A stretch of 63,961 nt of DNA, filler included, from Reticulomyxa filosa (GCA_000512085.1; 24 parts of 24 records of this genome joined end to end with filler, not necessarily neighbours in it), one strand, 5' to 3'. Shown: positions 1-13,324, counted from the whole stretch's first letter. Numbers and translations: made by a program. Notes: generated by a model not told the origin, from the letters alone.

Positions 1-272
1 GGCGGCGGCATTTGAATGGACGACATAAAGATCAGCTTTTTTCTTTTTCGAGGTGTCTTGGGTTGGATTACCATTATTTCGCACTTGCATTTGCATTTGC
101 ATTTGCACCTGTACTTGCGTTTGTGTAGGTGTCTGCATCTGCGTTTGGATTGACGAACATTTGCTGTCCATGTCATCGCATTTAGTCCCAGGCCGAGTGT
201 CGAAAGCAATCGGTGAATGAGGATTCCAGCCGAGCATGTTCGACCAAAGCTTGGTTTGTGCAAGCGCATCAG

Positions 273-393
273 TCAATTGAAAGGTGGTGGAAAGCATAGG
301 CTGGCACAAGTCTCGATTCCAAACGGCTCGCTTGTCATCCAAGTCACCAACAAGGTAAAACCAATATTGTTATTGTTATTATTATTATTATTA

Positions 394-461
<68 letters not shown>

Positions 462-1277
462 GTTGTTATTGCTATTACTGTTATTTCCATCGCCGCCGGC
501 ATTACTGTTGGTATTGCCATTGGTACTCAAATGGATTGAAGGAAGACCACCACAATAACCGCTTACTAAATAGTCATGATAGCCACTATTAACAAACGCA
601 CTATTGTTATTGTTACTATTATTATTATTATTGTTATTATTATTACTATTGTTAGTATTGTCTTCGCCATTGCAACGAGACAATTCCAACGACTCTGACA
701 AATCCGGATTGGACAATTGCATACTCATCGGCTCATCGCCAACGCAATACTCGAACTGCGGTTTCATCATCGATGACGGATCCATCATCGGCGGCCATAT
801 TGGCCATTGCTTCGTACATTCCAATCGGCCGGTGTGCATCGACATTCTTTCCACTTCTTTCATCAACAGCTGGTTCATATCACTACTGCGCCTTTGCTCG
901 TCCACATACATTCCAGTCGTGCTGCTTCGCGCTTCGTTGCCACAACTTAGCCATGGTTGCCACAACGCCATTGGTGACACCTTGCTTACATTACTCTCGC
1001 TTGTCATTCCATTTGGCCCTAGTCCTATCCCTATTCCGATTCCTACTCCTATCCCTATCCCATTCTCTGCACTCCCACTATGCACTTCGCTTGTCGTGGG
1101 CTCTGTTCCCGCTGATGACTCGCTGCTGTTCCAAACGGGGCTGCTTTTGCACGCACACCACGCCGGGTTTTGGAACATCATCGAATTTTCTAAGTCACCC
1201 AAGTAATGGCTACCATGTGAGCTGGGGAACACTGTCTCTGTGTAAAAGGGAATTTGTGCTTGCATTCTTGGTATCAA
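273..1277 (-). CDS. Hypothetical low-complexity protein with poly-Asn tracts, 3' end uncertain
   Basis: 334-aa ORF, more GC-rich than its flanks, with two poly-N tracts. No recognisable domain. Confidence 0.4.
365..485. repeat. (TTA/TTG)n trinucleotide microsatellite (poly-Asn on the minus strand)
   Basis: Direct run of about 40 triplets. A second run lies at about 602-655. Confidence 0.95.
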
Positions 1278-1684
1278 TGTTTTGCAAGGGGGGGGGATTA
1301 GTGGAGTTTTTGGCCGCAGTTTAAAACCTACTTTACCTTTCTGAACGTTTCTTTGTGCTGCGCGTGGTTCAAATTTAAACTATTGAAGAATCTTCTCTCC
1401 AAAAAAAAAAAATGCTACTTTGACTCTTATTCTGGAAATAACTTCGGCCTTCAAAGAAAATGAGCTTCAGTTTTTGACTAAAGTTATGGTCATTAGCCAC
1501 ATTGCTTAATTAAATGTAACAAAACAATATCACGTGGCTTTCCACAAGATGATCATTTCTTTCAACAATAAGAAAATAAAAAAGTGTTCCCTCCTTTCAA
1601 AATCACACCAAAAAAAAAAGGAAGGACAAGTAAAAAAAAAGGGGGGTGACTGTATATGTTGAAATTGCATCGAAAAGACAATTA

Positions 1685-2988
1685 TTACGAACGATGGTTT
1701 TGTTTGTCACTCCACTGTTGTAACCGCAGAGCAGAATTGATGCGAATGCTCATCCAAAAGGGAAGATAATCACTTTGGCATTCCAAAGGATTAGTAGTAT
1801 CATAGGTATGATCATTATCATAAACAACCCGAATACACCCCCCTTTATCAATCGGTGAAGCACCACAAACTTTTTGATACAACACCCCTCCCAAAAAGCT
1901 TATACTGCCTTTATTTGCTCGCGGAGGACAGTCCTCAGGATACTTCCAAGTCAATGGATTCACCATTACTAATCCTTCCTCTTTCTTGTCATCGTCCAAC
2001 ACTATTGAGTTGCCTTGATAAGGTCGGCTGACCCCTTTTTATATGTACATATATAAAACTATCAATATTAAACAAATTCACTTACAAAAAAAAAAAAAAC
2101 AACCAAAAAACCTGGAAAGAAATAATGGCATGGACTGATAGTTGATTTGTCTGTTCCATAATCAGTACACCAAGATACAACACATTTGATGTCATCAGGA
2201 TTTTGGCCTTCAATCAGGTGGTTATCTGAGTTAATATCCGATGGAAGAACCGGACAGCCCGGCAAATAAGCACAGACTATTCGCTTACGTAAGTCATTCG
2301 CACGATCTGTGTTGCCACTTAAAATTTGTTCTTGGATCAGTTTCAGCAATAAATAAGATCCTTTATTTTATTTTTTTACCCCCCATCCCCCCCTCCTCAA
2401 CAAATAAAAAAAAAAAAAAAAAAAAATATATATATATGTACATGTATATATGCATATGTTTGCAATAATATATTATATACATATATGTATATATGTATGT
2501 ATCCATACTACTTTTGTTATGCTTTATTTTTTTTCCTAACCCTAACCTTGCCCTTCTCCGGCCACTATGAATGGCCTTGTTGAGCTCCAATACATCAGGA
2601 AGTGATCGAATGCTTTCTTTATATCGTTATATGCCACGTTTATTCCGCTCATATCGCTTGCATCTGATGCGCTCCTGAAATTGGGTGCATAGATGCGACA
2701 ACAATTATTAAAAACGCTTGCGTGCATTTCTATTTCTTTTCGGATGTTCGCTTCTTCCTTAGGCTCGCAATTCAACAATGATCTCCAATGCACGTAAAAA
2801 GCGTCACAATTGGCAAGCTTCTGATTGTCTGATTGTGGCAGGTCTTGTTTGTCTTCTGTTGTGTAGTTGCTGAATTCTCCTGGATAGATATTATGCGGGC
2901 GGACAATGGTTCCAGCCATTATCCAGTTTGATTCCTTAGAGTAGGACAATTCTTCTGTAATATCCTTGCTACTTGCCACACAACCCAT
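1685..2988 (-). CDS. DUF3089-like alpha/beta-hydrolase fold protein, 3 exons, N-terminal MGC acylation motif
   Basis: Motifs FYVH, ASVFNNCCRIYAPNFR, AYNDIKKAFDHFL, RPFIVAGEGQG|SYLL, RIVCAYLPG, VNPLTW and DYLPFWMSIRINSALR occur in DUF3089 order. GT-AG introns at about 2546-2361 and 2111-2035. Confidence 0.75.
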
Positions 2989-3656
2989 TTTGTCGATTGG
3001 TCTTTTTTTTCCTGCGTTCCTTCCCTCTTCTTGTGCCACGCTTAAGTAGTTTCAAACAATATCTTTTAAAACGTAATTTGGTCAATGTAATTTGCTTAAC
3101 ACTTCTCTAATCTCTTTTATTCGCAGTTATAAATTAACTGTTTGCAATAATAACAATGCAGAGCTGAAAGCAATCGACTGACTTTTTCAATGTGTTAGTT
3201 GCCTCCGTTCTATAAAATCAAAAGAGAAGCGAAAATAGAAAAAAATATTGAAGAATAGCAAGATAAAGCAAATAAAGGAAAATAAACCCGTTACAAGATC
3301 TGTAGTTACCCGAAACAAATAGCAAGGGTTTGCTAAGTTTTTTTCTACTTTGAATTTTGTTTTATGTAAAAGGATAATGGCACATTTTTCACAAAGTTGC
3401 AGCACCTTAGTTGCAAAAAGAGATCAAGTTTTGAATATATTGTTTTGTTCTCTGGATCAAATAGAAAAAAACTTGATTTGTCCACGTGAAAAAAACGAAC
3501 AGCACAACCATCTTCACCCGTCCTCAAACCAAGTGATCTTGTTGGTATTCATATGACCAAATACATCACTTTGTATTTTATAACGATCAAATGGACAAAT
3601 AGAATGGGACTACATCCATGCAATTCTTAGTTGTTGTTTTGTGTGTGTGTTGTAAG

Positions 3657-4057
3657 ATACGACGAGCAAACATCTCATTTGGTGTTATATCAACCAGAGC
3701 GAAATGAGATCACATTGTGGCAAATCAACAGCAGATGTAAGAAAGGTAATTGGGAAATGCAAAGTATGATAAGAGACGAAAGTAGGCCCCTTTGGCACTC
3801 ATTACTTCGATTATTTACAAACCAAGCGAATGCCAATGCCTCAGATGAGCGACGCCAAACACCGTTGGAGCCCGAGTGTGCGACACCAACCACATGTCCA
3901 TTTTGCAAGCGTTCAATGCAAGAGATACCACGCAATGGAGTTAAGAGTTTGTTTATTTATTTATCTTTTCGTATGGTATATGTATATATTTTTTTGAAAA
4001 GTGTTGTTGTGCATGCACATAAAAAAAAAGGGTTACAAAAACACCCAATCAAAAAAA

Positions 4058-4102
<45 letters not shown>

Positions 4103-4935
4103 AATCCAGAAATGCGAAGAGATTATTTTGCACTGTTGGATGGACTGAATGCATTCCAAAATGAGCAAGAAAGAAGACGAGTGGAGGGAAAAGAGGCGGA
4201 AGAAAAGAATGAGAACAAAGAGGAAAGCCAATTAACAGGGGCAATGAATAATGGATACTTCAAACATTTTTTCAAAGTAAAGAAAAAGTTGGGAAGTGGG
4301 AGCTATGGCTCAGTGTTTTTATGTCACCACGTACTGGACAATGTGTTGCTGGGCGAGTTTGCAGTGAAAATAATCCCCGTTGGAGAAGATCGAACAAGAC
4401 TGACCAATATTTTGCGAGAGGTGCGAGCATTGCAGTTGCTGCATCATCGAAACGTGATCGCGTATAAACACTCTTGGCTGGAAATGTTTCAGCCTGCCAT
4501 TCTGGGCCCTTTGGTCCCTTGTCTTTTCATTTTGATGGAATATGCCGATGGAGGCAATGTCATGGATTACATTATGCCGTCGGACGAAGAGGAGGATGAG
4601 GTCCTTGCCAATCATGAGAATCGCCATGGCGCTCGACTTAAGAGGAGATCTCAAAAACGCACAGACACGAAAGAGCATCCGCCGATTAACGTGGATGCAT
4701 TCCTCGACAACGATGAAAATGACGATGTGAAGACAAAGCTGCCAAAAGTGCGCTTGGACGAAAACAACTATCGGAAACGCCGTTGGCTGTCGGAACATGA
4801 AATTTGGACCATTGTGTTCGAAACTTGTATGGGACTGTACCACTTACATCGAAATGGCATTGTGCATAGAGACTTGAAGCCTGGCAACTTGTTGATGTCC
4901 AAATTGATCACACCTGATACTATCACAGTTTTGTA
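3657..4935 (+). CDS. IKS1: IKS1-family Ser/Thr protein kinase, 3' truncated by contig end, start uncertain
   Basis: LGSGSYGSV, FAVK, LREV, MEYADGG and HRDLKPGN kinase motifs. IKS1-typical segments GYFKHFF, HVLDNVLLGEFAVKIIPVG and YKHSWLE...GPLVPCLFIL, plus an N-terminal CPFC motif. Intron at about 3947-4101. Confidence 0.8.
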
Positions 4936-4942
4936 ATTTGCT

Positions 4943-4978
<36 letters not shown>

Positions 4979-5078
4979 NNNNNNNNNNNNNNNNNNNNNN
5001 NNNNNNNNNNNNNNNNNNNNNNTTAATTAATTAANNNNNNNNNNNNNNNNNNNNNNNNNNNNNNNNNNNNNNNNNNNN
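4979..5078. other. Artificial contig linker (44 N + TTAATTAATTAA + 44 N), first of 23
   Basis: The same 100-bp spacer with six-frame stops also starts at 6133, 7379, 12214, 14179, 16676, 20438, 21867, 23724, 32040, 33552, 34733, 36963, 41028, 42749, 44398, 46193, 52853, 54117, 55578, 56731, 61198 and 62862. Confidence 0.98.
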
Positions 5079-6985
5079 CTCAATCCAAAATGTTCTTATA
5101 AAATAATGTGTCCCCCCCCCCCCCCCCCAAAAAAAAAAAAGATCGCAACTCCTTTCAAATCCATTCTTCAACACGATAATGCTGCTCATAGCAATAACAA
5201 GTTCTGATTCAATTTTTTCTGATGACGGTAAACTGATCATTCAATTCAAATTCGCCATCTTGCGCATTTGTGTCTTCGATAATCACCATGTTCAATCTAT
5301 CCATCCGACTGATAATTCGAAGGAGGTTCCATTTCCAGATTTTCAGTGATTGTTTCGGGCTGTTCTCTCTCTCAGCACTTTTGTGCGCACATCCACATTG
5401 CTGACACATGCAAAGTAACCTTATCCTGGTTTGCATTCAAAATATCTTTTTTTTTCCATTCAATCATCAAATAAGATTGTCTTATCAATACATCCTACAT
5501 TCACATTTCTCTTCTCTTTTTTTTTCAAAACAAAATGAAAACTTTTCAGTATTTGTACTTTGGTCCTTCAAATCTTCCATTGCTACCATTTGCAATAGGT
5601 TCAAGTGATTTCAATCCCACAATTGACACATCGAACGTGCTGGCTTGTCCAATATGAATATATAAATATATTTATATGTGTATTTTTTGGATATACCCAA
5701 ATTTGGAATACTTAAAGCTGAGAAAATGTTCAGAAATTATGATGTTTGTTTCAATAGTAGTAAGTTGAAGGTTTGCATGTTTTGATAATGAATCATCAGG
5801 TTGATTGTATTGTACACCTACCTGTGGTTTTTCATCTATTTTCTTGTGTTTGGTATCAAACATTTCTTCCGTTGATTATAATTCCAAAAAAGAGGAACTT
5901 CTTTCTTTTTCGGTAACTGTTTTAGTTTTACAGAGGAGTGCATTGGAGAAGGAATCCTCGAAAGCGAGCTTCATGTTGTATATTTTTGGCTTGTTAGGTT
6001 GTTTAAAGAGAGAAGAATCAAACCACATTTGTAATGTTCAAGAGAACTTTTTCTAAAAAGGGAAAACTTTTTCTCTGAAAGAGAAAAATCATCACTCAAA
6101 AAAAGTAATCATCTATTCAAAAAAAAAAAAAANNNNNNNNNNNNNNNNNNNNNNNNNNNNNNNNNNNNNNNNNNNNTTAATTAATTAANNNNNNNNNNNN
6201 NNNNNNNNNNNNNNNNNNNNNNNNNNNNNNNNGTGCTGGTTGTTGTTATATCGCGAAAGATGATGTTGTTTTCGATGGTATGCCAATGGTGTCGGTGAAT
6301 AAAATATCAGTGAGTAGCAAAAATTTATTAACTTATTATTTAAAAAATGATGATTTTGGTATTTAAAACATACAATATACTCAGGCCGGTTTGAGTAATG
6401 GAATATGCTCCGCTTGTTGAAGATATGGTGCAAAGCGTTGAGCAATTGGCGGAGGACGATACTGACAATAGTAGCAAGGAAACTTGCCAGAACAAAGTCT
6501 TCGTGATATGGGTAACTCGCAACCCAGACGCAATAAAAATGTTGGGAATGGACTTGTTACAAAAAAATATGGGAGAAATGCGCGAGATCTCCGAAAAAAA
6601 CCAAGACAATGCAAAGCCATTTCATCTAGCAATTGGAACACTAGGAAGCTTTGATTGCATTGTTATTGTTGAATGCAGCACGGTGCTACAGTGAATGTCT
6701 CCACCACAATATCGCATAGTGTTGAGCCTCATCAATCTCGAGCAGCGCCAAGGCACCAAGGCAAAACACATTATATGTTGTGCACACTCACAAATGCCTG
6801 CAAATTACACAACATCATCCATTTATTATAGGTATAGATTGTTCTTTTTTTGTGTGTGATCAATTTTTAGAAGAAGTATATATGTGTAAATAAATATATG
6901 TACATAATTTGTTTTTGTAAAAAATAAAAAAAAATGTGACATAATTAGTGTATAGGCCATACTGTGATGGGAAAAAAAAGATACC

Positions 6986-7277
6986 ACGGGGTAGAATGCC
7001 ACCCCCGTCTCCGAAAGGAGCAAATAAGGTTTGCATGTTTTTTCTTTTTTAAAACATAATACTCTGTTGTGTTTGTAATAGGAATTCCCCCGCCTATCCA
7101 AATATAGTTCCATTTATTTCCCCCTTCCACACACACAAAAAAAATCAACAAATTGTGGTTGAAATCTACCTAGTGTGAAAAAGAAAAAGCAAAGGTTTGT
7201 ATGTTTTTTTTTATGTGTATAATCCTTTCGATATAAGATGTGATTTTGTGTGTGCTTGTTGAAATAGGAATTCCCAC
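6986..7277 (+). repeat. Copy A of the dispersed tandem stem-loop element (unit 2 degenerate)
   Basis: ACGGGGTAGAATGCCACCCCCGTCTCCGAAAGGAG ... ag|GAATTCCCCCG, then GTGGTTGAAATCTACC ... ag|GAATTCCCAC. Homologous to 20674-20980 and 51954-52260. Confidence 0.8.
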
Positions 7278-7478
7278 TATCAAAGAAAAAAACATATATG
7301 CATATACAAATATATCAATCATTCAAAAAAAAAATATTGTCAGTGTGTTATCAAAGGAAAAAAAAAGATTAAATTGGANNNNNNNNNNNNNNNNNNNNNN
7401 NNNNNNNNNNNNNNNNNNNNNNTTAATTAATTAANNNNNNNNNNNNNNNNNNNNNNNNNNNNNNNNNNNNNNNNNNNN

Positions 7479-10400
7479 AGTTGGACTGAATGTTGGAGCA
7501 TCAGTCGGTGAATATGTTGGAGCGCTTGTTGGAGCTCCTGTTGGAGAAAACGTTGGAGAGAACGTCGGAGCACCTGTTGGTGAATATGTTGGGGCGCTTG
7601 TTGGAGCACCTGTCGGAGAAAAGGTTGGAGAGAAAGTTGGAGAATATGTTGGCGAATATGTTGGAGCGCTCGTTGGGGAATATGTTGGCGAATATGTCGG
7701 ACTGAACGTCGGGGATTTCGTTGGAGAAAAGGTTGGAGAAAAAGTTGGACTGAATGTTGGTGAGAACGTTGGAGCATTCGTTGGTGACTGTGTCGGCGCG
7801 CTTGTTGGTGCAATAGTTTCACAGTTTGTGTTGACCAACAAGTTGATGTCATTTCTATATTTGGTCACATCCCAAGTTGGGTTATCAAACAAGTGATCAT
7901 GCGCATCCGTCGTTGGATTTCCATGTTCGTCAAGCCCTACGACTAAACATGTGTAGTCCGTTGATTTTGTCAAAGTGCCACTTACGTAAACGGAAACATG
8001 TGTTGCCTTTAATCGCCCAAAGCCAACTCTTTCTGCATCACAAAGTGGAATGCCATGAGTGTCGGGACCAGTTGAATCACAAATTGGATAAATGACCAAT
8101 GATCGTGCAACTTCGAATATTTCTCCAGTGCTTTGATCGATGATTCTTTTTTGGCTATCCAACATTCCAATGGCATCATCAACTCCATCAGCAAGATCAT
8201 GCCCACTGAAATAGTTTGTGGAGCAGTCAATGCTCAAAATTTTGTTTCGAATATTTGTTTTCGACGTTCCCGCTTTCAAGTCCAATTTTACGATACCATT
8301 ACGTCGGTAGGTGACAATTCCGATTCTCGTGTCAAGGGTTAATCTTGATCCGACATTGTATTCGTAAACCAAATCGATCAAATGTTGCTTGAGCCGATTA
8401 CAATTAGTTACAGTCGTATTTTTTCCACATGACTCATCGACAATCAAAATGACATCGTTTGGAATTGCGCATACTGTTGGAGATGATGTTGGGCTCGAAG
8501 TTGGATGTCTGTTTTTTTTTGTTTGTTGTTTGTTAAATTTTTAGTGGAAAAAAAAAATCACTGCCGTACCTGGTCGGTGGTTGGGTTGGATGTCTTGTTG
8601 GTGCTTTGGTTGGATGTCTTGTTGGTGCTTTGGTCGGATGTCTGGTTGGGTGTCTTGTTGGACTTTTTGTGGGATGCTTTGTAGGAGGTTTAGTTGGAGG
8701 TTTTGTAGGATGCTTGGTTGGGGGTTTTGTTGGATGCTTCGTTGGTTGCTTGGTTGGGGGTTTTGTCGGAGGTTTTGTTGGATGTTTCGTTGGAGGCTTG
8801 GTTGGTGGTCTGTTGTAAGTCAAAACGTATATTGAATATATTTTAGGCAAATAAAAAAATGCTTTAGTCGCACAAAAAAACAAAACTTGGTTTGACACAT
8901 AAGACATTGTGAAGACCGCCAATTCTTCAAGGTGATGACTTGGTTGGCAGTGACAACACGTTGAGTTGCAGGTTTCAACAGGCAGGAAAATAAATCATTG
9001 TAAGGAGGATCTCTTTCCACAGGAACCCACCAGAAGTCAGTCAATTTGTTTTGGAATTTGACACCACGATAACCAGCCAAACAAGGATTTTGGTTGGTGT
9101 CAGGGCCCGAGCGATAACTTTGTGGCTGTCCATCAGTCAAAGCAATGCCATAAAAGCTGGTACACGTCTTGTTGCTTGAGTTATACATCAGCAACGCTCC
9201 ATCCAACGCATCTCGAATGTGTGTTCCTGCAAAACGGGTTGTTGCCGTGTGTGGACGTCCGATCGCCGATATAATGTTATTACCGGTTGTAATGTCATAT
9301 CCTCCAGACCCACAGTCCCATGTTGATAAGTTCATTGGCATCGCAATCAAATATGAAAACGTCACAATTCCTGCTCTAAAACAATAACGATCTGGAAATC
9401 CTTGGGCTGCCATAGCCGCATTCATTCGGTCGTACTCTCTTTTAATTCTCGCAAACAATTGTTGTACCCATATTTTCTCTCGTTGAAAACTGTCGTCCGA
9501 AATTGACTTGGATGCATCCACAATCACAAACAAGTCCATGTTGCCCGTTTGACATGGAATTCCCGTAAAGTTGAGAATCGGCAATGATTTGATGGTCGGC
9601 GCCGCAGTCGAAGTAAATGGAGTTGGAGGACGGGTTGGTGGTTTTGTTGGCGACAAAGTAGTTGTGTGACTGCATGGCAATACATTTGGACAAACGATAC
9701 CGACTGAATTGGCAAAGTATTGTTGGTTCAATGTACCAAATTTGCCTGTGTCTCCGTCGGTTGATGCAATCCATGTGAAGCACGTACTGTTTTTGAGAAC
9801 TCGACTGAAAGGATTTGGAAGTGGAGGGGAATAAAAGAATGGTGACACCCATCTGTTTCCGCTTGGATTTGTCCATTTTCTGAACCAGCAGCCATGAACA
9901 TAAGGAACTTTTGCACTGCCCAAGTTGATCAACTGTCCGGTAATGTAGCTGTATACTGTTGCCTGCGTCACCACAACCAGTTCCATGCTGCGGTTGAATG
10001 TGTGAGTCAGTTGCAAGTCCACGTTGTTTGATTTGGGAAGTCGATACGCTTCCGGTGGTTGTCCACTCAATGACGTATCATGAAAGATTTGTGTTTCGAA
10101 AAATGCCCAACTGAATACTGGGTCTTGGTCCGTATCACCGGTGTTCAAAAAGGTGTTGTTTCCGATACATTCGTCCCAACAATTGTTATTTGGTGCCTTT
10201 GTTCGCTGAGCAATAAAGTCATACGCTTCTGGATTCGAATAACCTGCTGTGCTGATGCATTGGTAGCATTGATTTGGCAAGTTGCCCGGAAGTATTTGAG
10301 CTGAGATGTATCAATTCAAAAAAAAAACATTAATGCTCGTTATCCCGTTGGGACATTTAAAAAAAAATTTTTTTTAAAGGAATGTACCAGTAGTAGCATA

Positions 10401-11072
10401 TCCCGACCAAAATTGATAAGGATACCAAAATTCAGTGAATATCCAATCTGAAGTCATGCGGACGTAAACTTGACCCGAGTTGTTGAAATAACGAAATTTT
10501 GTTTCATAAGCTATGTAAATTTAATTTTTTTTTAAGCATTTGTGTTGTAAAATTATGTGTATATACATATAACTTTTTCGGTGGGAAAAAAAAAATTATC
10601 CCCTTTTTTTTTTCATAGTACGTTTTTTTTTTTTTTTGCTACCCCTTTCGCTTGCAATTTTTTTTGAGGACAAAAATGAACACGTTCATTAACTTTGTGA
10701 ATCACAATTTGTTGAGAGCAGACCCGTCAAACTGTGAAATGATAATTGGTTGTACCGGTCTACCCACCAGTTGTCACCATCGGGATCTAATTGTGAACCG
10801 GTGCCTGAAATTGTTGTTCCAGGTGTCACCATGAGCTGTTGTGCAGAACCTATTTTTTTTAAACATAAAAAAAACCAATTTTTGTGAAAGAAAGCTATAT
10901 TTTTTTTTTTAACACCCTTGTCTCTTAAAAAAACTCCGGAAATTTACTTTTTTTTTGGAATCTTAGGAAAAGTCAAAAAAAAAAGTGCGTGCATACAAAA
11001 ACAAAAAAAACACGGAAAAATTCTTGTAAGTTAACTGATTGCAACGCTCAATAGCAATAAAATTGTATTCAT
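7479..11072 (-). CDS. Secreted multi-exon protein with two von Willebrand A domains and PT-repeat stalks, 3' truncated
   Basis: Signal-like [16 protein letters not shown]. vWA1 has [11 protein letters not shown] (DxSxS), GTH and ALTDG. vWA2 has [20 protein letters not shown](K/R)(P/H) repeat exon at about 8570-8812 and PT(F/Y/S)(S/A) repeats at 7479-7810. Confidence 0.8.
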
Positions 11073-11842
11073 TGAAGTGTTTTCTTCTTTTTTTCGCAAT
11101 TTCTCAACACAAAACGAAGTAACTTTTGTCAAGGTTCAAAACAAACAAAAGTTAATGAAACAAAAAAAGGAAGAAAGTACAATGAAATGGTATAATAAAC
11201 CACAAAAATGAGACAACACTAAAACTAAAAACAAAACTAAAACACACCAAAAGGGGGGCGCAGGGGGGGGGAAAAAGTCTCGTTGGACAAAAACCAGTAA
11301 ATTTTTTAGTGCGTTTTTGTTTGTTCTAGATGTAATATATGGAAACGTGTAAGTGCTTATGAAGCGACACATATTTGACTTTGATAAAAATGCTTGCAAT
11401 GAAAAATGTGATAAACTACTATCTCAAATTATAAAACAAGTCCAATGTATCCAGCAAAATTTTAAAATTGTTTAATTTTATTTTCACAAGTATCCAGGAT
11501 GCAAAAATAAGAATCCCTAAAGCAAGTGCACAAAGCTAGTGACAGAAAATGTTTAAGTGAGAAACATGAAAAAAAAAAATATGAACGACCCCTATAGCGA
11601 CAAACGAGAGCATTGATACGCGCTAAAAATGAGCTTAAGTGAATATTAAAAAAAAGGAGTTGAACACTCTGAAATGATATTCTTTTTCTTTTAAATTGAA
11701 CAACTCGGCAATTGAAATATTAGCAACCTATTGGTTTATTTGCCCCCCCCCCCCCATAACAAACCAGTTTGTTAGAAATCCAAAGAAGATGAAAAAGATA
11801 AGAGAGCAAATAGTTTTTATTATTTTACTTATTTATTTAATG

Positions 11843-12106
11843 CTAATCAAACTCGGCCGACCATTGGGCACATTTTTCGATGTCCTCTTTTAATACGGAC
11901 GGCTTGGAGGTGGCAAGTGCTTCCAAGAGCTGCGTCAGATTTAAACCAGAGGCAGCGACAGTACTTTCCGTCGGTACATCCTCATAAGTGGTTGTATGAG
12001 ATGATGAAATGTCCCGAGGGGGTGCGTTGCTGTGCAAAGGGTGCAAATTTGCTGACTCAGCCAACGCTTTTTGAATAAACAAAGAAATATCCACAAACGT
12101 GAATCC
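11843..12106 (-). CDS. Last exon of a meiotic-clade AAA ATPase (VPS4/katanin/spastin/fidgetin-like C-terminus)
   Basis: GFTFVDISLFIQKA (small-domain helix) and LLEALATSKPSVLKEDIEKCAQWSAEF (Vps4_C-like). Upstream part missing at the contig end. Confidence 0.65.
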   Translation of the reverse strand, partial: GFTFVDISLFIQKALAESANLHPLHSNAPPRDISSSHTTTYEDVPTESTVAASGLNLTQLLEALATSKPSVLKEDIEKCAQWSAEFD

Positions 12107-12313
12107 CTGTGCACATCATTCAAAAAAAAAAATAAAAAAATAAAAAAATAAAATCAAGCAAGACAAAATCAGAGAGAAATAAAAAAAGGTTGAAACACCA
12201 AAAAAAAAAAAAANNNNNNNNNNNNNNNNNNNNNNNNNNNNNNNNNNNNNNNNNNNNTTAATTAATTAANNNNNNNNNNNNNNNNNNNNNNNNNNNNNNN
12301 NNNNNNNNNNNNN

Positions 12314-13324
12314 CTACTACTACTACTGCCGCTACCACTGCCACTACTACCATTACTTTGACTGTACCCGAAAGAGATCTGATTCCGACTGCCTCGTTGT
12401 CTGAAGAAAAACAAATGAGCGATCAACAAGATGGCAAAGATACTAACAATAGCAACGGTAATAATAATAGTAATAAAAATGATGACGATGATGATGATGA
12501 TGATGATGATGATGATAATGAAAAAAATGACCAGGAATATCTTCTCATGAACGACAAGGACGCATTGCCGAAAACAGTCTCCAAAACGTGGCGAAGAATC
12601 TTCAAACAATTGCCAAATGGTATGAGATCTTTGCGATTGCACTTTGGAGAAAACGACCGCTTGCAAGCCAATGCCGTAAAGCAGTTGATCAACTTGGACA
12701 ATATGAAGTGCTTCACGTTGCACGGAGATCCAGGATTATCACAGCAATTGGAGGAATGGGGGCAGGTGTTCACTCGCTGGTCCAAACTACGCTATGTTGT
12801 TCTTGGCCATCGTGGCGCCAGTGGCCATTTGGAATTACCACGACAAATCTTGGAAACCTTGCCATCTAATTTGCCTGAGTTGGCTTTAAATGTTTCCAAT
12901 AATAGCATTGAAAGTTTTGTTTCATTTATTTATCTTTTCCACATTTGTTGATAAAAAAAAACTGCTTGGAACAGATGTAATATGGTATCTTGATAACATC
13001 GTCAAACCAAGCAAATTTTTGAGAATCAATCTGCACATAATACCCGAGGACCCAAGTGATATCCCTTTTGTTCAAATTCATCCCAGACTCATTGAGTCCT
13101 TGAGCAAGTTTGAAAATTTGGAAACTGCATATCTAAAGTGTGGTGTCATGTCCAAAGAGCAGATCGCGTTTTTACTTGATCGTTGCAAAAAGCTGTCCTT
13201 CGTTGGATTTGGAGTCGATGTCAATTCGGAAGAAAATATCACCGAATTAGTGCGGAAATATGGATTTGATAAGGTTGTTGTTAAATATGATCTCAAACTG
13301 GTTAATTGCTGTCAAATCATATGA
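12314..13324 (+). CDS. Hypothetical protein with RNI/LRR-like C-terminal region, 5' truncated
   Basis: Two ORFs with LxxLxL-like segments (MRSLRLHF, LRYVVL, LPELALNV, LETAYLKC, CKKLSFV), probably joined across a short intron near 12914-12960. Poly-Asp tract. Confidence 0.45.

Noticed and set aside
1-275. Frame stays open for about 90 codons after the TGA at 273-275 (readthrough or selenocysteine)
   Set aside because: Other frames are also largely open in this low-complexity region, there is no selenoprotein motif, and a frameshift is equally plausible.
217-1206. Poly-Leu plus-strand ORFs
   Set aside because: They are antisense shadows of the (AAT)n poly-Asn tracts.
2534-2547. CCTAACCCTAACC telomere-like repeat
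   Set aside because: Only two units, coinciding with an intron donor. Chance is sufficient.
5023-5034. Regularly recurring TTAATTAATTAA palindrome between N-runs, superficially array-like
   Set aside because: It is an identical synthetic six-frame-stop linker used to concatenate contigs, so it is not biological. It also invalidates any gene-neighbourhood argument across linkers.
6398-6694. VFVIWVTRN resembling a ferric reductase/NOX NADPH-binding strand
   Set aside because: A single short motif with no GxGxTP or CG motif in support.
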